From Phaeosaccion multiseriatum (lineage: Eukaryota; Protista; Ochrophyta, other classes): a stretch of DNA of 64,000 nucleotides. The notes under the pieces are model-generated. The model was given only the letters and a program-made list of their open reading frames with translations. It had not been told where the DNA came from and made no database searches. Every line of letters begins with the position of its first letter. Position 1 is the stretch's first letter. The position numbers were made by a program, and so were the translations under genes. The stretch lies in NCBI GenBank assembly GCA_965112735.1, contig OZ218961.1, forward strand, positions 620,001 through 684,000, written 5' to 3'. Shown piece after piece: positions 41,534-54,200 of this stretch.

Positions 41534-42541
41534 AGTTGTCACACGCTTGTCGAATGAGGAAGCTGCTAATAGGGTAGATTGTGAGAAGACAAGATGGGAT
41601 GAATGAAAAAGGGAGGAAGGATTGCGGAAGGATGCAATATCGAATGGCCCGCCACAGAAAGTCGAGGTATCGTCCTCCAAAGCTTCAAAAAGGGAAACCC
41701 AAACTATAAAACCCCTCGGGGACGCCAAGACAAGAGAGCGCAAAACAACGAGTTGGGTGCAAAAGGAAGACGAGAGAGGAGGTGAGCGATGGAAAAACGG
41801 GGTGGTGTGCGCTTAGTATGGACACGTGGAGGAAGGGAGGTGTGCGGTGGACTTGGTCGGCGGAGAGTCTTTGATCGTGTTGATCTGTTCGATTTGCATG
41901 AACCCAACGACTCGGTCTTTCTCGGTTATATGGATGCTTATATATGGAGAGAGAGAGAGACACTGAGAGTCTTTACTGGAGATCGAAGAGTGTGTCTGTG
42001 TCTACTTGCAGACGCTGTTGTGGAGGACGGGGTGGAAGAAGAAGGGATACATGCCAGGTTTCCCTCTTTCGAATCCATGATCCTCTTTCTCCTGTAGTAG
42101 CCGGGACGGGTGCGCTCACTGCCCCATAACACAACACCCACACGCCCCACCCCATTCATTACTATTGCCATTCCACAACTCTCCTCTGTACTACTCTCAT
42201 GTGCACTGAGGGGAGTGATGGGGCGTATTACGAGGCAACCTTGCGGGGGGGGGGGAGGGCGGGAGGCAGCAGCAGCCTAGCTCATGTAGTCTTGTGCAGA
42301 TCAGTAGCCAAGCCCCATCCCTCGTTCTTGATCCCATTTGCCTCACCCCATCACGTCTTCTCCAAGCCATTTCCGACTCGTTTTTGACCTCGCCCCCCTC
42401 CCCCCCCCACCTCTTTTCTCCTTCTCCCTCCCTTCCATGCATCCTTCTTCTCTCACTATATCAGCAGCAGGTGTCCATAGCACCATCGCAGCGCAGAGCT
42501 CCATAGTACCAGTTATAGTTAAGCAGCTGTTGTCAAGCACC

Positions 42542-44818
42542 ATGGCCCCCTCTCGGGCGGCGACCGCGGCATCGCTTGTGCTGGCGGTGCTCTTCTTATC
42601 AAGCAGCAGTACCTGTTGCCTCGCTTTCACCGCCATCCGCCCCCATCATGTCATCACCTCCTCCTCCTCCTTTGTGAGGCCAGCAACAGCAGCAGCCGCA
42701 ACAGCGCGGTCAATAGGCAGACCTCTGTCGTTAGCAGCATCAGCGGGGTCGTCGTCTCGATTGGGGATGCAAATGGCAGCTGAAGGAGGGAAGAAGAAGG
42801 GTAAGACCAGCGAAGCAATAGACAGAGTGTGGAGCAGGGGACGAATAAATCAATGCTCAATTCTTCAGTCCTTGCCCTTGTCATCACCTCGGGGGCAAGG
42901 TTGCATGAAGGCGTGTGTGGAGGAGTGTGTGTAGCGAGGGTTAGGCGTGTAGGGGTCAGCAGTCACCAGGACAGGGCCACTTGTTGTGGGGCTTCTGAGC
43001 TGGGCTGTTGCATTCCCCTCCCTTTGGACTACACGCTAACTCATTCCTTGTCTTTATCCTCTCCTCCACCTCCTCCTGCTCCTCCTCCTCCTGCTCCTCC
43101 TCATCCGCCACACACACGCACGCACACACACACACACACCACCCTCAGTCGTCGTTCTGGGCGGCGATGGTTTCTGTGGTTGGCCTACTTGCCTGCATCT
43201 CTCCGACGCCGGCCACGACGTGGTGATGGTGGATAACCTCAGTCGGAGGAAGATCGACGTGGAGCTTGGCTGCGAGTCTCTCACCCCCATTACTTCGCCG
43301 CAGACCAGAGTCAAGGTGAGTTAGTCAGCCAAGGGAGTGAGTGCGAATGTGGGATGAGGGATGAGTGATGAGGGGGGGGCGGGTGGGGGGGGAGAGGATG
43401 GTGCGAGTGTGAGAACGCGAGGTTGAGAGGAGAGTTTGTCTCTCTATCTGTCCGTCTGTCGTGTCTCCCTTCCATGCAGGCACCTCGAACCGAACCCACA
43501 CCCCAATGCAACACTCGTTGCAATCAATTAATGAATGGCCTTCTCCCCCCTCTCTTCCACCCCCCCCTCCCACCTCTCCCTCCCTCCTTCCCCTCTCCTT
43601 TCTGTACCACCAACAGGTGTGGAAGGAGATCTCAGGGAAGGACATCAAGTTCGAGAATATCGACTGCTCAAAGGAGTACGACCTTCTGCTGCAGTTGTTG
43701 CAGAGGGAGAAGCCCGACACGGTCATTCACTTCGCAGAGCAGAGAGCCGCGCCGTACAGCCAGAAGGGGCCGAGGGAGAAGAGGTGAGGGGGTTGGTGAT
43801 ACGGAGCGTGGGAGGGGAAGGAGAGGGAGGAGGGTGGGAAGGGAGAGAGAAGAGGGAGGGGGAGGGGAGGGGGGTGAGTGGAGGGGAGAGAGGGGGAGGG
43901 AAAGGAGGGGGCGGGGGGGTAGAGTGGGGAAGGGGAGAAGTAGGTGAGGCGGTGGATTGGAGAGACGACAACGGGTCAGAGGGAAGGACAGGAGGAGAGG
44001 AGAGAAGAGAAGAAGTGGTGGAGGAGAGTAGAGATACGAAAAAGGGTGAGATTTGGGAAGCCAGGCACATTTGAGGTCGTCGGTCGGTCCCGTCCGTACT
44101 ATATGGCTTCTGACCCCGTGTGAATGTGTGTTGTTGCATGTCTGCCTCTCCCCCCCTCTCTCCTCCCCTCCCTCCCCCAGATACACGGTAGACAACAACC
44201 TTGGAGGGACGCACAACCTGCTCGTGGCCATTGTAGAGTCGGGCCTCGACATTCACGTCGTGCATTTGGTGAGCGAGTTCGATACCTGCGACCGCCTTAA
44301 CAAACAACGGCTCCGACCGCAACGCCAACCCCACCCGCAACCTCAGCCTCAACTCCCACCCTCATCTCTAACCTCCTCCCTCCCTCCTTCCCCTCCCCTC
44401 CCCTCTCTCCCTCCCCCCTTCCCCAACCCCTCACTCCCCAGGGCACCATGGGTGTTTACGGCTACGGCAACAGCGGCGGCGAGATCCCCGAGGGGTACAT
44501 TGACGTCCTCCTCCCTGGTGACCGCCCCCAGCGCATCCTCCACCCTGCCTACCCCGGCTCTGTCTACCACACCACCAAGTGCCTCGATGCGCTGCTGTTC
44601 CAGTTCTACTCTAAGAATGACGGTATTAGAGTCACTGATCTGCACCAGGTGGGTGTAGTATGTCAATGAGTGGGTGGGTGCGGGTGTAGGTTAGAGGTGG
44701 GGGTGGGTGGCAGGGGATCGGGGGAGTATCTAGGTGGTAGTACTCAGTGCTCTTCGCTCTTGCGATCTCTCCCCCTCTCCGCCTTGACCCTCTTTCTACC
44801 CCTAACCTAACACACATA

Positions 44819-44860
<42 letters not shown>

Positions 44861-46893
44861 CACACCACTCCCTCCCTCCCTCCCTCCCCACCCACTTTGT
44901 ATCTGTCGGCTGTCGTCGCCAGGGCATTGTGTGGGGCACCAACACGCCTCAAACGCAGCGGGACGAGAGGCTCGTCAATAGGTTTGACTATGATGGGGAC
45001 TACGGAACGGTACGTTGCCTTGTCTTTGTACGTACGCATGTAGACAAGGAGGGGAGGAGGAGGAGCAGGACAAGGAGCAGGACAAGGAGCAGGACACAGG
45101 AGGAAGACGAGGAGGACACGGAGGAGGGGGGGGGGGAGCAGGAGGAGGAGAGGAGGAGGAGCAGCAGGAGGAGGAGGGGTTTTTGAGGAAGACATTCCTA
45201 ACGCCCCCCACCACCGCACAGCACCACAGAGCAGAGCAGAGAGGTTGGGTATTCCCTCCACCCCCAACTTGGACCACTTGGCTGGGGTCTGTGTTGCGGT
45301 ATGGCGCATAGCGTACTTGGCAGGAGGGGGCCGTGCTCTCGCTCTCGCTCTCTCTTTCTTTCTTTCTGTCGGCCCTCTCTCTCTCTCTATCTCTCTCTCT
45401 GTGTGTGTGTGTCTCCTGCTTCCTTTTCCCTGACCCTCGGACTCTCTCTCTGTGTGCCTCTCGCTCTGTCTCCCTTCCCCTTCTCCCACATGCGCTCTGT
45501 GCCCCCCCACCCCCTCCTTCTCCATCTCCATCCCCCCTCCCCCCCTCCTTCTTCCTCCCTCAGGTGCTGAACCGCTTCCTCATGCAAGCAGCAATGCAGA
45601 TCCCTATGACTGTGTACGGTACAGGAGGACAGACACGCGGTTTTATCCACGTGACGGACACCGCGTCCTGCGTGGAGAAGGCGGTGATGAACCCCCCTGA
45701 GGCCGGCGCAGGGGTTGAGATCTTCAACCAGGTAACGTCACGGGTAACGTCACGGGTAACGTCACGGGGTGACAAGTGTGTGGTCATTGACATGCTGTGT
45801 ATCGAAGCACCCTTCTCTCCTGTCCATATCCTTTTTTCTTTTCCCAACCTTTTTATATAATAACTGGGATGACACCGTTTCTTTCCTCTCCCTTCGTATG
45901 ATGTAGATACTGGGATGACACCTTTCCTTTGCTGTCCTTGCGTCTTTCCCGTACCCGGTACCCGTCCTCCTCTCTTCCTTTCCGTGCGTGCTTGCTCTCC
46001 ACTCTCTTCCTGTCTTTCCTCTCTTACCTGCGTGCCCGTATGCATGTGGCGTATGTGTGTATCCACTCACACATTCACAGGTGGCGGAGACGCATCGAGT
46101 GCGGGACCTTGCCCAGCTCATCAGCGATAAGACCAAGTGAGTTTGGGTTTAGGTTAGGACGTGGGAGGGGAATTCTGGGGAACAACAACGCAGTATATGC
46201 CGTACGCCGGACGAAATCAGGAGGGCCAAAGTACCACGAAACGAACGGACGGACGAGTGATAAGATGAAAGAGTTAAACTCTCATCTCTCATTCTCTCAT
46301 CTCTACTCCTTACTGACTCTAATGTGAACTCTTTTGCCTCCCCCCCTCCAACCCCCAACTTTAGTGTGCCTCTAAATTTCATTAGCAACCCGCGGAACGA
46401 GGCCAGCGAGAACGAGCTGGACGTGAAGAACGAAAAGTTCGGTAACCTTGGGGTCAACTTCAAGTCGCTGGACGACGCCTTACTGGAGGAAGTACAGGAC
46501 ATTGCACAAAAGTATCAGCACAGGGCCAATGTTGAGCTTGTGTACCCGCAGAGCTACTGGAACAAGAACCGTGTACAGGCCGCAGAGGTGAGTGAGAGTG
46601 AATTGAGAGGGAGAGCGGGGGGATGGATGGCAGTGGATGGGGGACAGGGGTAGGGGTGGTGGGTGGGTTGGAGCCTGGAAGATGAAGCCCGAGGGCGGGA
46701 GTGGTGAGTTGCTCAAAACCCTACCTATTCATTTACACGCTCTCCTTTCCCCCCATGTGACTATTTGTGGTGCGCCTCGGCTCGGCTCTTCGCCCTACTT
46801 ACCTTCGTACGTAACATTACGTGCGTGTAGACGGGGGTGGAGAAGGACGAGCAGCAGCGACTCTTTGTGGACGTCAAGGCGGGCGTCCAATAA
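42542..46893 (+). CDS. SQD1: UDP-sulfoquinovose synthase, plastid-targeted; exons 42542-42800, 43149-43315, 43617-43783, 44181-44268, 44442-44648, 44923-45009, 45564-45731, 46081-46136, 46365-46587, 46831-46893
   Basis: VLGGDGFCGWPT.LHLS, HFAEQRAAPYS, HLGTMGVYGY, YHTTK (YxxxK), TDLHQGIVWG, RFDYDGDYGTVLNRF, NPRNEA. The signal peptide ends CLA-F and is followed by a Ser/Ala/Arg-rich transit-like region. Confidence 0.95.
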
Positions 46894-47924
46894 GGCAATG
46901 AGGCTTGATGACGACTGGCGACGACTGTGGCGTGGGGATGGATACCTTCGTGAATCGCGCTGCTTGCATTGAGCGAAGCGGAGGGGAGGGGAGAGAGAGA
47001 ACAATCAATCGTATTGTCAGCAGAAGCAGTGTGGTGGTGGGGTATGGAGGGGGGCATAGGACAGACAGAGAGTTATGGGCCGATGCAAGGCGGAGGAGGA
47101 GGACACGGTTCACAGCAGCAGCTGGTGATACAGCAGGTGATAGACCCGGTATACAAGCGCAGGGGGGGGGGAATGGCGGTACAGCAGATATGTTGGAGAG
47201 AGAGAGAGAGAGAGACAAGTACATTTATGTACGATTTACGATTGAGGGAGAAGGATCGAGGGCGGGCGGAGGGAGTGGAAGTGGGAACGAATAGAAGGGC
47301 TTGTATTTGAGAAGTGGTTGGTTGGTCGGTGTTGGACACCCACCTCTCTCCTCTGTTCCCACCCGATCCTCGGCAGTTGGTGATACGGCAGCGAAGCGCT
47401 CCATTCTTCTCGAGGGCGGTGTCTCGGGAGGCCGGGTAAGGGGATGGATGGCAGTGGATGTGGGAGGGGGCAGGAGGGGTTTAGAACGGGCGCTTGCCAT
47501 CGCCACCATTATCATCAACACCACCACCACCAGGAGCAGCTGCTGCAGCTGTAGCGTCGTTCCCTGGAAGTCGTCGTCTGGAGGGGAAGGGAGACTCTCG
47601 CGACAACTCTGTTGACACGACTTTACTTTTCTCACAGCGTACCTTACTTTGCCTGCGTTGATAATGAAACTCGTCTTTAATTTACTTCCAGAATGATGAT
47701 ATTATCTACGTAGAGCATCACTGCAGGCCACACTTCGATTGCAATGGATTTTGGTGCCCGCGCTCGTCTGTGAATTTCAGCTCGCTAGGTGGTTCCATTT
47801 GGCAAGCTTCGGATCATCACATAAGGAGTGGGAGAGCGCGGAAGTAGGGCTTTCGCTGCGGCTCCGGTGTGTGGGAGCTGCTGCGCTGCTGCCGCGCTCC
47901 GCCGGGGAAGCCTTCCCCAGGAGC

Positions 47925-50474
47925 ATGGGGTGGCTTTGTTGTGCGCGGAGTGCGAGCACTACCCACACCTTGCACAGGCAGTGGAGGTTCATCTTCGCCT
48001 CTCTCTTGCTGCTCCTCAACATCCTTCGGTTTCCCTCCTGGTCTGGCGGCAACAGTGATATTGTCAGCAGTAGCAGCAGCAGCAGCAGCAGCGGCGGCGG
48101 CGGCGGCGACAGTGGCAGTGGCAATGAAGGGAAAAGCAGGAGCAGCCGTCGGGGAGGAGCGAGCGGCGTATTAGTGGTACTGGCAGCAAAGACAGGAGGA
48201 TCCGTGGGTGGGGTTCGTAGTGCTAGGCTCCGTAACAACAAGGACGGCAATGGAGACGACAGCAAGAGGCGCGGTATCGGCTTCTTCACGGGGGGGCGCC
48301 TTGGCGGAAGCAACCTCCCCCGGGTGACAGTGGACGAGGAGATTGAGTCCGAGGACGAAGGGATTCGAGAGAGGAAGAGAGGGGGCTGGACGCTGTTTGA
48401 CGGGGATACGGATCCTGGTGAGTGGTTGTTCAGTGGGTGTTGTGAGGCTTGTCTCGTGTCTCTCTCTTCCCTCACCATCGTCGGTGGTTTTTTATGGTAC
48501 TCGAGAAGCAAGAAGCATCCAGCCGCGGCCGCTGCCGCTGCCGCTGTGCCCTCTTCATGATATACACTCCGCTTGCAGAGCTCACGGTCGGTCTCTGAGC
48601 ACCGCCACTAAGCCTCTTCCACGTGTCTCCTTCGCTGAGGCGGGTTGGAGGCGGCGCACTGCCTTCCACTCTCTTCGTACACTTCGTACACCCCCCATCC
48701 CTGCTTCTCCTTTCCATCTGAGCCTGCTTTGTCCTCTCTCTGCCCTGGCCCACACGATGGCCCCTGTCCCCATCCCCTCCCCCCGCCTCTCCCCTCTCTC
48801 TTCATCACTTCCCTCCTCACCTCTTCCTCGCCACCAAAACAACGGGATACGACACGACAAAACAGTCGTCAGCGTGATCAACAGCGTCAAGGACCTCTTC
48901 CCCAACATTCGCTTTTCATACGACCCTTCTTCTACATTAAAGATCCGTAAACGCTTCTTCCCACTCAAGACGGTGCTCACTCTCGGTGCCGATTACAACA
49001 CCAACCTGGGAGTTTGGCAGTTTCGGAGCTCATGGGAAGACAGCATCATCGGCGGGAGGTAAGAAAAAAAGACGCGTATTGCCTAGTGGGTGGACCTGGG
49101 GGCCTAGGGGTGGGAGGGGGGGGGGGGTGGGGGAGCAGCAGCAGCAGCAGCAGCAGGAGGAGGAGGAGGAGGAGGAGGAGGAGGAGGAGGAGGAGGAGGA
49201 GGAGGAGGAGGAGGAGGAGGAGGAGGAGGAGGAGGAGGAGGAGGAGGAGGGGGAGGAGGAGGAGGAGGAGGAGGTGGTGGTGGTGGAGGAGAAGGAGGTG
49301 GTGGTGGTCCAGGGGGCCTAGGTGTGGAAGGTGGTGAAGGAGGGGGGGGGGAGGGAGGAGCAGTAGGAGGAAGTGCTGCCTCCGTCAGTCAAGGGAAGGG
49401 GAGGTGGACAGACATTCTCTCTGCTGCCATCTTGATTGGCATCACTCACTCCACCGCTCCCCTCACCCTCCGTCCTCCGTCCTGTGCATCATATCGTGGT
49501 GCTGGTCCTCTCTCCCCCCCCCTCTCTCTTCTCTTTCCCTTTCTCCCTCCCTCTCTCTCTCTCTTCTCTTTCCCTTTCTCCCTCCCTCTCTCTCTCTCTC
49601 TCTCTCCCTCTCTCTCCCCTCCCCCCACCCCCCAACCCCTCTCTCTCCCTCACGGCCTCTTCCCGTTGCACTGTCTTGCCAGACTGACGATAGCAGGGCG
49701 TGAGTTGATGCTCACAAAAAGTTGGTTGGTGAAGCTCATGGATAGCGAGGACATGGTAACCAGGCTTAAGTTCAGAGCAGCGCTCAATAGCGAGGATTGG
49801 ACGGCGTATGCCAAGTTTGGCTTTAGGACCGAACGGATATCCCCCTTGAATGTTCGGGTGAGTGAGTGAGTGAGTGAGTGAGTGGGTGAGTGAGTGAGTG
49901 AGTGAGTGAGTGGGGTGAGTGAGTGAGTGGGTGAGTGAGTGAGTGAGTGAGTGAGCGAAAAAGTGTGTGAGGGAGTTAGTGAGCGAGGAAGGAGACGGGA
50001 ACCACAGAGGCAGAGACTGGCCTCTGCGAGAGTGAGGGTCTCACCTGTCTGCCGCTCTCTCCCTCTCTTTCTCACTCTCCCCGTCCCCCCTACCCCCACC
50101 CACTCCTTTGTCTCCCGTTCTCCCTCGACCCACCTTTGCTCCACCCCATCCATTCTTCACCTCTCTGTTCCGTTCCACTCTCCTCCTGCCCCGCTTTGCT
50201 CTCTACCTCCTCTGCCCTCTACCGTGTGCCTTCCTTCCTTTCTCCTCTCCTCTCCTCCCCTCCTCTTGTCCATGAGCAGGAAGGCTTCTCTCTCTGCAAA
50301 CGGGTCCCTCTTGACATGGGTGGCCATGCCAAGCTTGAGGTAGTGTCGAGGATTGCTCTCCCTGAGCCGGAGATTCAGTTTTCCACGGATGGAGACAGCA
50401 ACAAGGGTGTATTGGTGGGTATGGGGGATGTGCATGTGGGCATCGACGAGCTCAACGTCCTGCTCGAGTACTGA
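47925..50474 (+). CDS. Uncharacterised protein with a hydrophobic N-terminus and a beta-strand-rich C-terminal domain; exons 47925-48417, 48866-49058, 49683-49857, 50280-50474
   Basis: Four exons join in frame through GT-AG into a complex, protein-like sequence ending ...GMGDVHVGIDELNVLLEY*. The start codon is uncertain. Confidence 0.7.
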
Positions 50475-51220
50475 GTACTGATGGTTGATCGATGAGGTTG
50501 AGGAGGTCAACCTCAACCTCTTTACTCGAGTACTGAGCGATCGACACTGCTCAAATCGATGGACACTGCTTGAGTGAGTGCACGTATTGATGGATTGATC
50601 TATGGAGGTAACCTCCGGTCGTTAGAGTAGAGATTGTGATCGATGGACACTGCTTGAGTGAGTGCATGTACTGATGGACCACTGGTACTCGTGTACTGAT
50701 GGATTGATCTGTGGAGGATAGGCTCCTGCTGTTAGAGTAGAGAGTAGTGATCGATCGGCACTGCTCGAGGGGAGTGAGACATGATGACATGTCGCCACTG
50801 CTCGAGTGAGTAGTGATGAAGGATGCGTTACCAAGCTCATCCTCTGCTGCCGTGTACTTCTATTCTAGTTCGGAGTTGAGTTGGAGGAGATGGTTGGTGT
50901 GCCCATTTCTCTAAGTCGGGGCCGTGCCACCCCCTTACTCGCAGTCAACACAGAACCCCGCTTTCTGATCAGTGATGGAGCGGTAGGTTGGTAGGTACTT
51001 GTAGTAGGTGGAAAGTAAGATTACGTAAGGGAGGCAGAAGCTCTGCACGGCTCGTGGGCTTCCAATCGAAATCGTATATCGTGTGTATAGGACCACACCA
51101 TAGGACCACACCACGAAGGTTATAAATAGAGCATCATAACATAACAATCATCACCATTGGAAGCGAAATCGCATCGCCCCCCTGGTAATCCTCTGCAGTT
51201 AGTTTACAGCAGCACTCCTG

Positions 51221-54200
51221 CTATGCGGCACCACCACCACCCCCAACAGCAACACCTTCACCACCACCACCACCACCACCACCAGCAGCAGCAGCAGCAG
51301 CTGCACCACCACGACCACCAACAGCAGCATCACCATCACCACCATCAACAACAGCAACACCAGCAGAGGGCATGATCACCTGTCCGAGGCCCAGTTCCTG
51401 CAAGGTGTGCTGTAGAGTCCCCATACCCTCGCTGATGGAGTCGTTGAAATCCGAGGGTTCAAGCCCGCCGTCGCCAGCTGAAGGAAGCAGCATTTGCGCA
51501 GCGAAGGACGACACCCCCACGTGCTTCGCGAACTGCTCAAGGCTCCGCTCTTGACCAAGTCCGAAGGGTTCTAATGGGGTGCTCCTCGTAGACAACACAT
51601 CTCCTCCTCCTCTTCCTCCTCCTCCTCCTCCTCCTCCTCCTCCTCCTCCTCCTCCTCCTCCTCCTCCTCCTCCTCCTCCTCCTCCTCCTCCTCCTCCTCC
51701 TTCGTCTGCCTCATCCGCCTCTGCCCTTTCTCTCCCCGCTCCTCCTCCTCCTCCTGCTGCTGCTGCTGCTGCTGCTGTGGCTACTGCTGCTCCTGTATCA
51801 CCAACTGCTGCGGTCTGGTCGCCTTCCATTCCCAGCATCAGACGAATCCTCGCCAGGCCCAACGCCTTCGCCCTCTCCTTCTCCTCGTCCTTGTGCTGGC
51901 GAAAGCTCGGGCGGTGAGAGCGAGTCCACAGATGATAGAGCACCGCCTGAGGAGGGGAAAAGGTGTCAAATCCATGAGTGTAAAGGCGTGCCGCCATGGA
52001 GATCTCCTCGCCGAAAAACACGTGCCGAAGTTGGGGGTCGTACCCAACTTGAAGCAGCATGGCGCTGGTGCTGAAGCTGAAGCCACTGGCCCAGAGAGGA
52101 GACCGAATAGGCACCTTCCACACCTTCTTTAGCAGTCGTCCTCTCTGCCGCAGCATTCCATCCCCACCACCTTCACCACCCCCACCACCACCACCACCAA
52201 ACCCCGTTGGACAGAGCAAGGTGGTTCGCGTTTCCCCGCAGGGTATGCGGTGGGGAAGCTCATAGCCCGAGGGGTAGCACGTCAGCACGGGCTTGTCACT
52301 GGGACAGACCTCCAGGGTGGCAATGAGGTATGTGTCCCAGCCGGGGCGGAAACGCATGTGCGAGTCAATCTGCAAAAAGTAGTCCTCCCCTGCCCAGAGA
52401 GATTGCGCCACGTGTCGCGCCCAGCAAGGGCCGGCGGCCTCTCGGGCGCTCATTCGGAGCAGGCGTATTTGCTTCCGGTACTTCGCTGGAAGCCTCTCCC
52501 CCTCCCTCCCCTCCTCCGACCCCAACCCGGCTTCAGCTCCAGCAGCGGCAGCGATACCACTATTACCGTCAGCTGCCATCTTCGGCTCTAACGGGTCGCC
52601 CTCGCCCTGCCACACCAGACCCACGACCAAGCGATTGGGGTACTGCGCCCGGTGGAACATGTCAATGATGGTGGGCAAGGTCTCCGAGTCGAGGTAGGCC
52701 GCAATGGACACAAAGATGGTCCTTTGCTTGCTCTGCTCCTCGTCGTGGTGCTGACTCTTGGGTACCCGCAGGGGGCGCACTTTGGCCCGGGTGTCGTTAT
52801 GTGGGTCCACCACTGCTGCTGTATCACCAACGCCACTACATGTACTGCTGCTGCTGGCGATGCTCCCGTTCCTCCCCCCACTGCTGCCCCCATCACCACT
52901 TAAACACGCAGCACGGGAAACCATCGCCTCTGCCTGCTGACACTCTCCCTCCTGCTGCTTCTGTGAAGGTTTCCGAAGAGGATGGGCGACTCCAATACCG
53001 CTGCCGCTGCTACAATTACTACCACCACCACCACCACCACCCCCACCACCACTTCTGCCACCACTCACAGCTACTGGTGCTCCGTAGAACCAAGTGGTTA
53101 GCGCCATTCGTGGACGGAACGCGGGAAGCACCTCGTGCTCGACGAATTCGCTACGGAACATGACGATACGTCCCCCCTTGGGCTCCACATCCCACACACG
53201 GCCGCCGCCGGAGCCTCCGTCGCCAGACACTCCCCCCCGCAGATGTAAGCGAAGACAGCCCCCGTCGCTGGGCTGCCAGTCGGAGTTGAGGTAGCAGAGA
53301 ACGGTAAGCTTACGTACTAGTTGGGTCCTCGTCTTCCTGTCCTCTGTACCACCAACATGAGAGGCTCTGTCGTCGTCGCCAGCAGCGGCTCTCCCCAACA
53401 ACGTTCCTTCCCCACCGCCCCCTCCCATAACGATTGCCAGAGCAGCGAGCGCCAGGGACGAAGACGAAGACGAAGAAGAGGAGGCAGCTGCTGCTGCTGT
53501 GTGTGCAGGCCCCTCCCTGCTTGGGGAAACGGCTCCTCCACTAACGGAAGGAGGAGAAGCATCTAGGTGCCTTACGTATCCGCTGCCCCCCCCTGGGTAG
53601 TAGGCCAGCTGAGATGACGTCACCTCCGTCAGTCGGAGCTCTTCTCTGAGCCTCTGCACCGCGACTGCTGTATCACCAACTGGTGATGCTGCTCCTGAGG
53701 CGGCTGATCCCTCGCCTTCCGTCTCTTCCTCCTCCTCCTCCTCCTCCTCCTCCTCCTCCTCCTCCTCCTCCTGGTGCTGCTGCTGAGCTTGCTGCTCCTG
53801 TTCCCACCCCTCTCGAGTAGAGGTCTCCGCACCGGCGTGCTCCCCAAGCAGTCCACTTAGAAGACCTTGGCGGATCGCCTCCACCGCCATAGGAAGCACG
53901 CCCGTGCCCTTTCCCGCCCACAGAATAAAGTCTCCTCGGTGCTTGTCGTCCGCCCAAGCCGTCAGCCCTTTGCCCATGCCTGCTGCGCGGAGTTTGCCTT
54001 GGGCGTGACAGGTCTCAGTGGCTTCTTTCGCGGCTGAGATGGCATCGGCTGGAAGCAGGCCGTCGATCACAATGGCTCCTGGTCCGCCTGCCTCCCACGC
54101 AGCATCGCTGAGCGAGAAGGCATGGTCTGGAGAAAGATGAGGGAGGAAGGGCAGGGGCCCTCCTCCTCCTTCTCCTCCTCCTCCTCTTCCTCCACGTCCT

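Noticed and set aside
48579-48640. Extra exon after the CAG at 48578
   Set aside because: Joining it to the donor at 48418 gives an early TGA, whereas the acceptor at 48865 keeps the frame.
51600-51700. (GGA)n tract as an intron in PhyA-Gnt1
   Set aside because: No convincing flanking GT/AG pair; the frame stays open to the conserved GLGQERSL motif.
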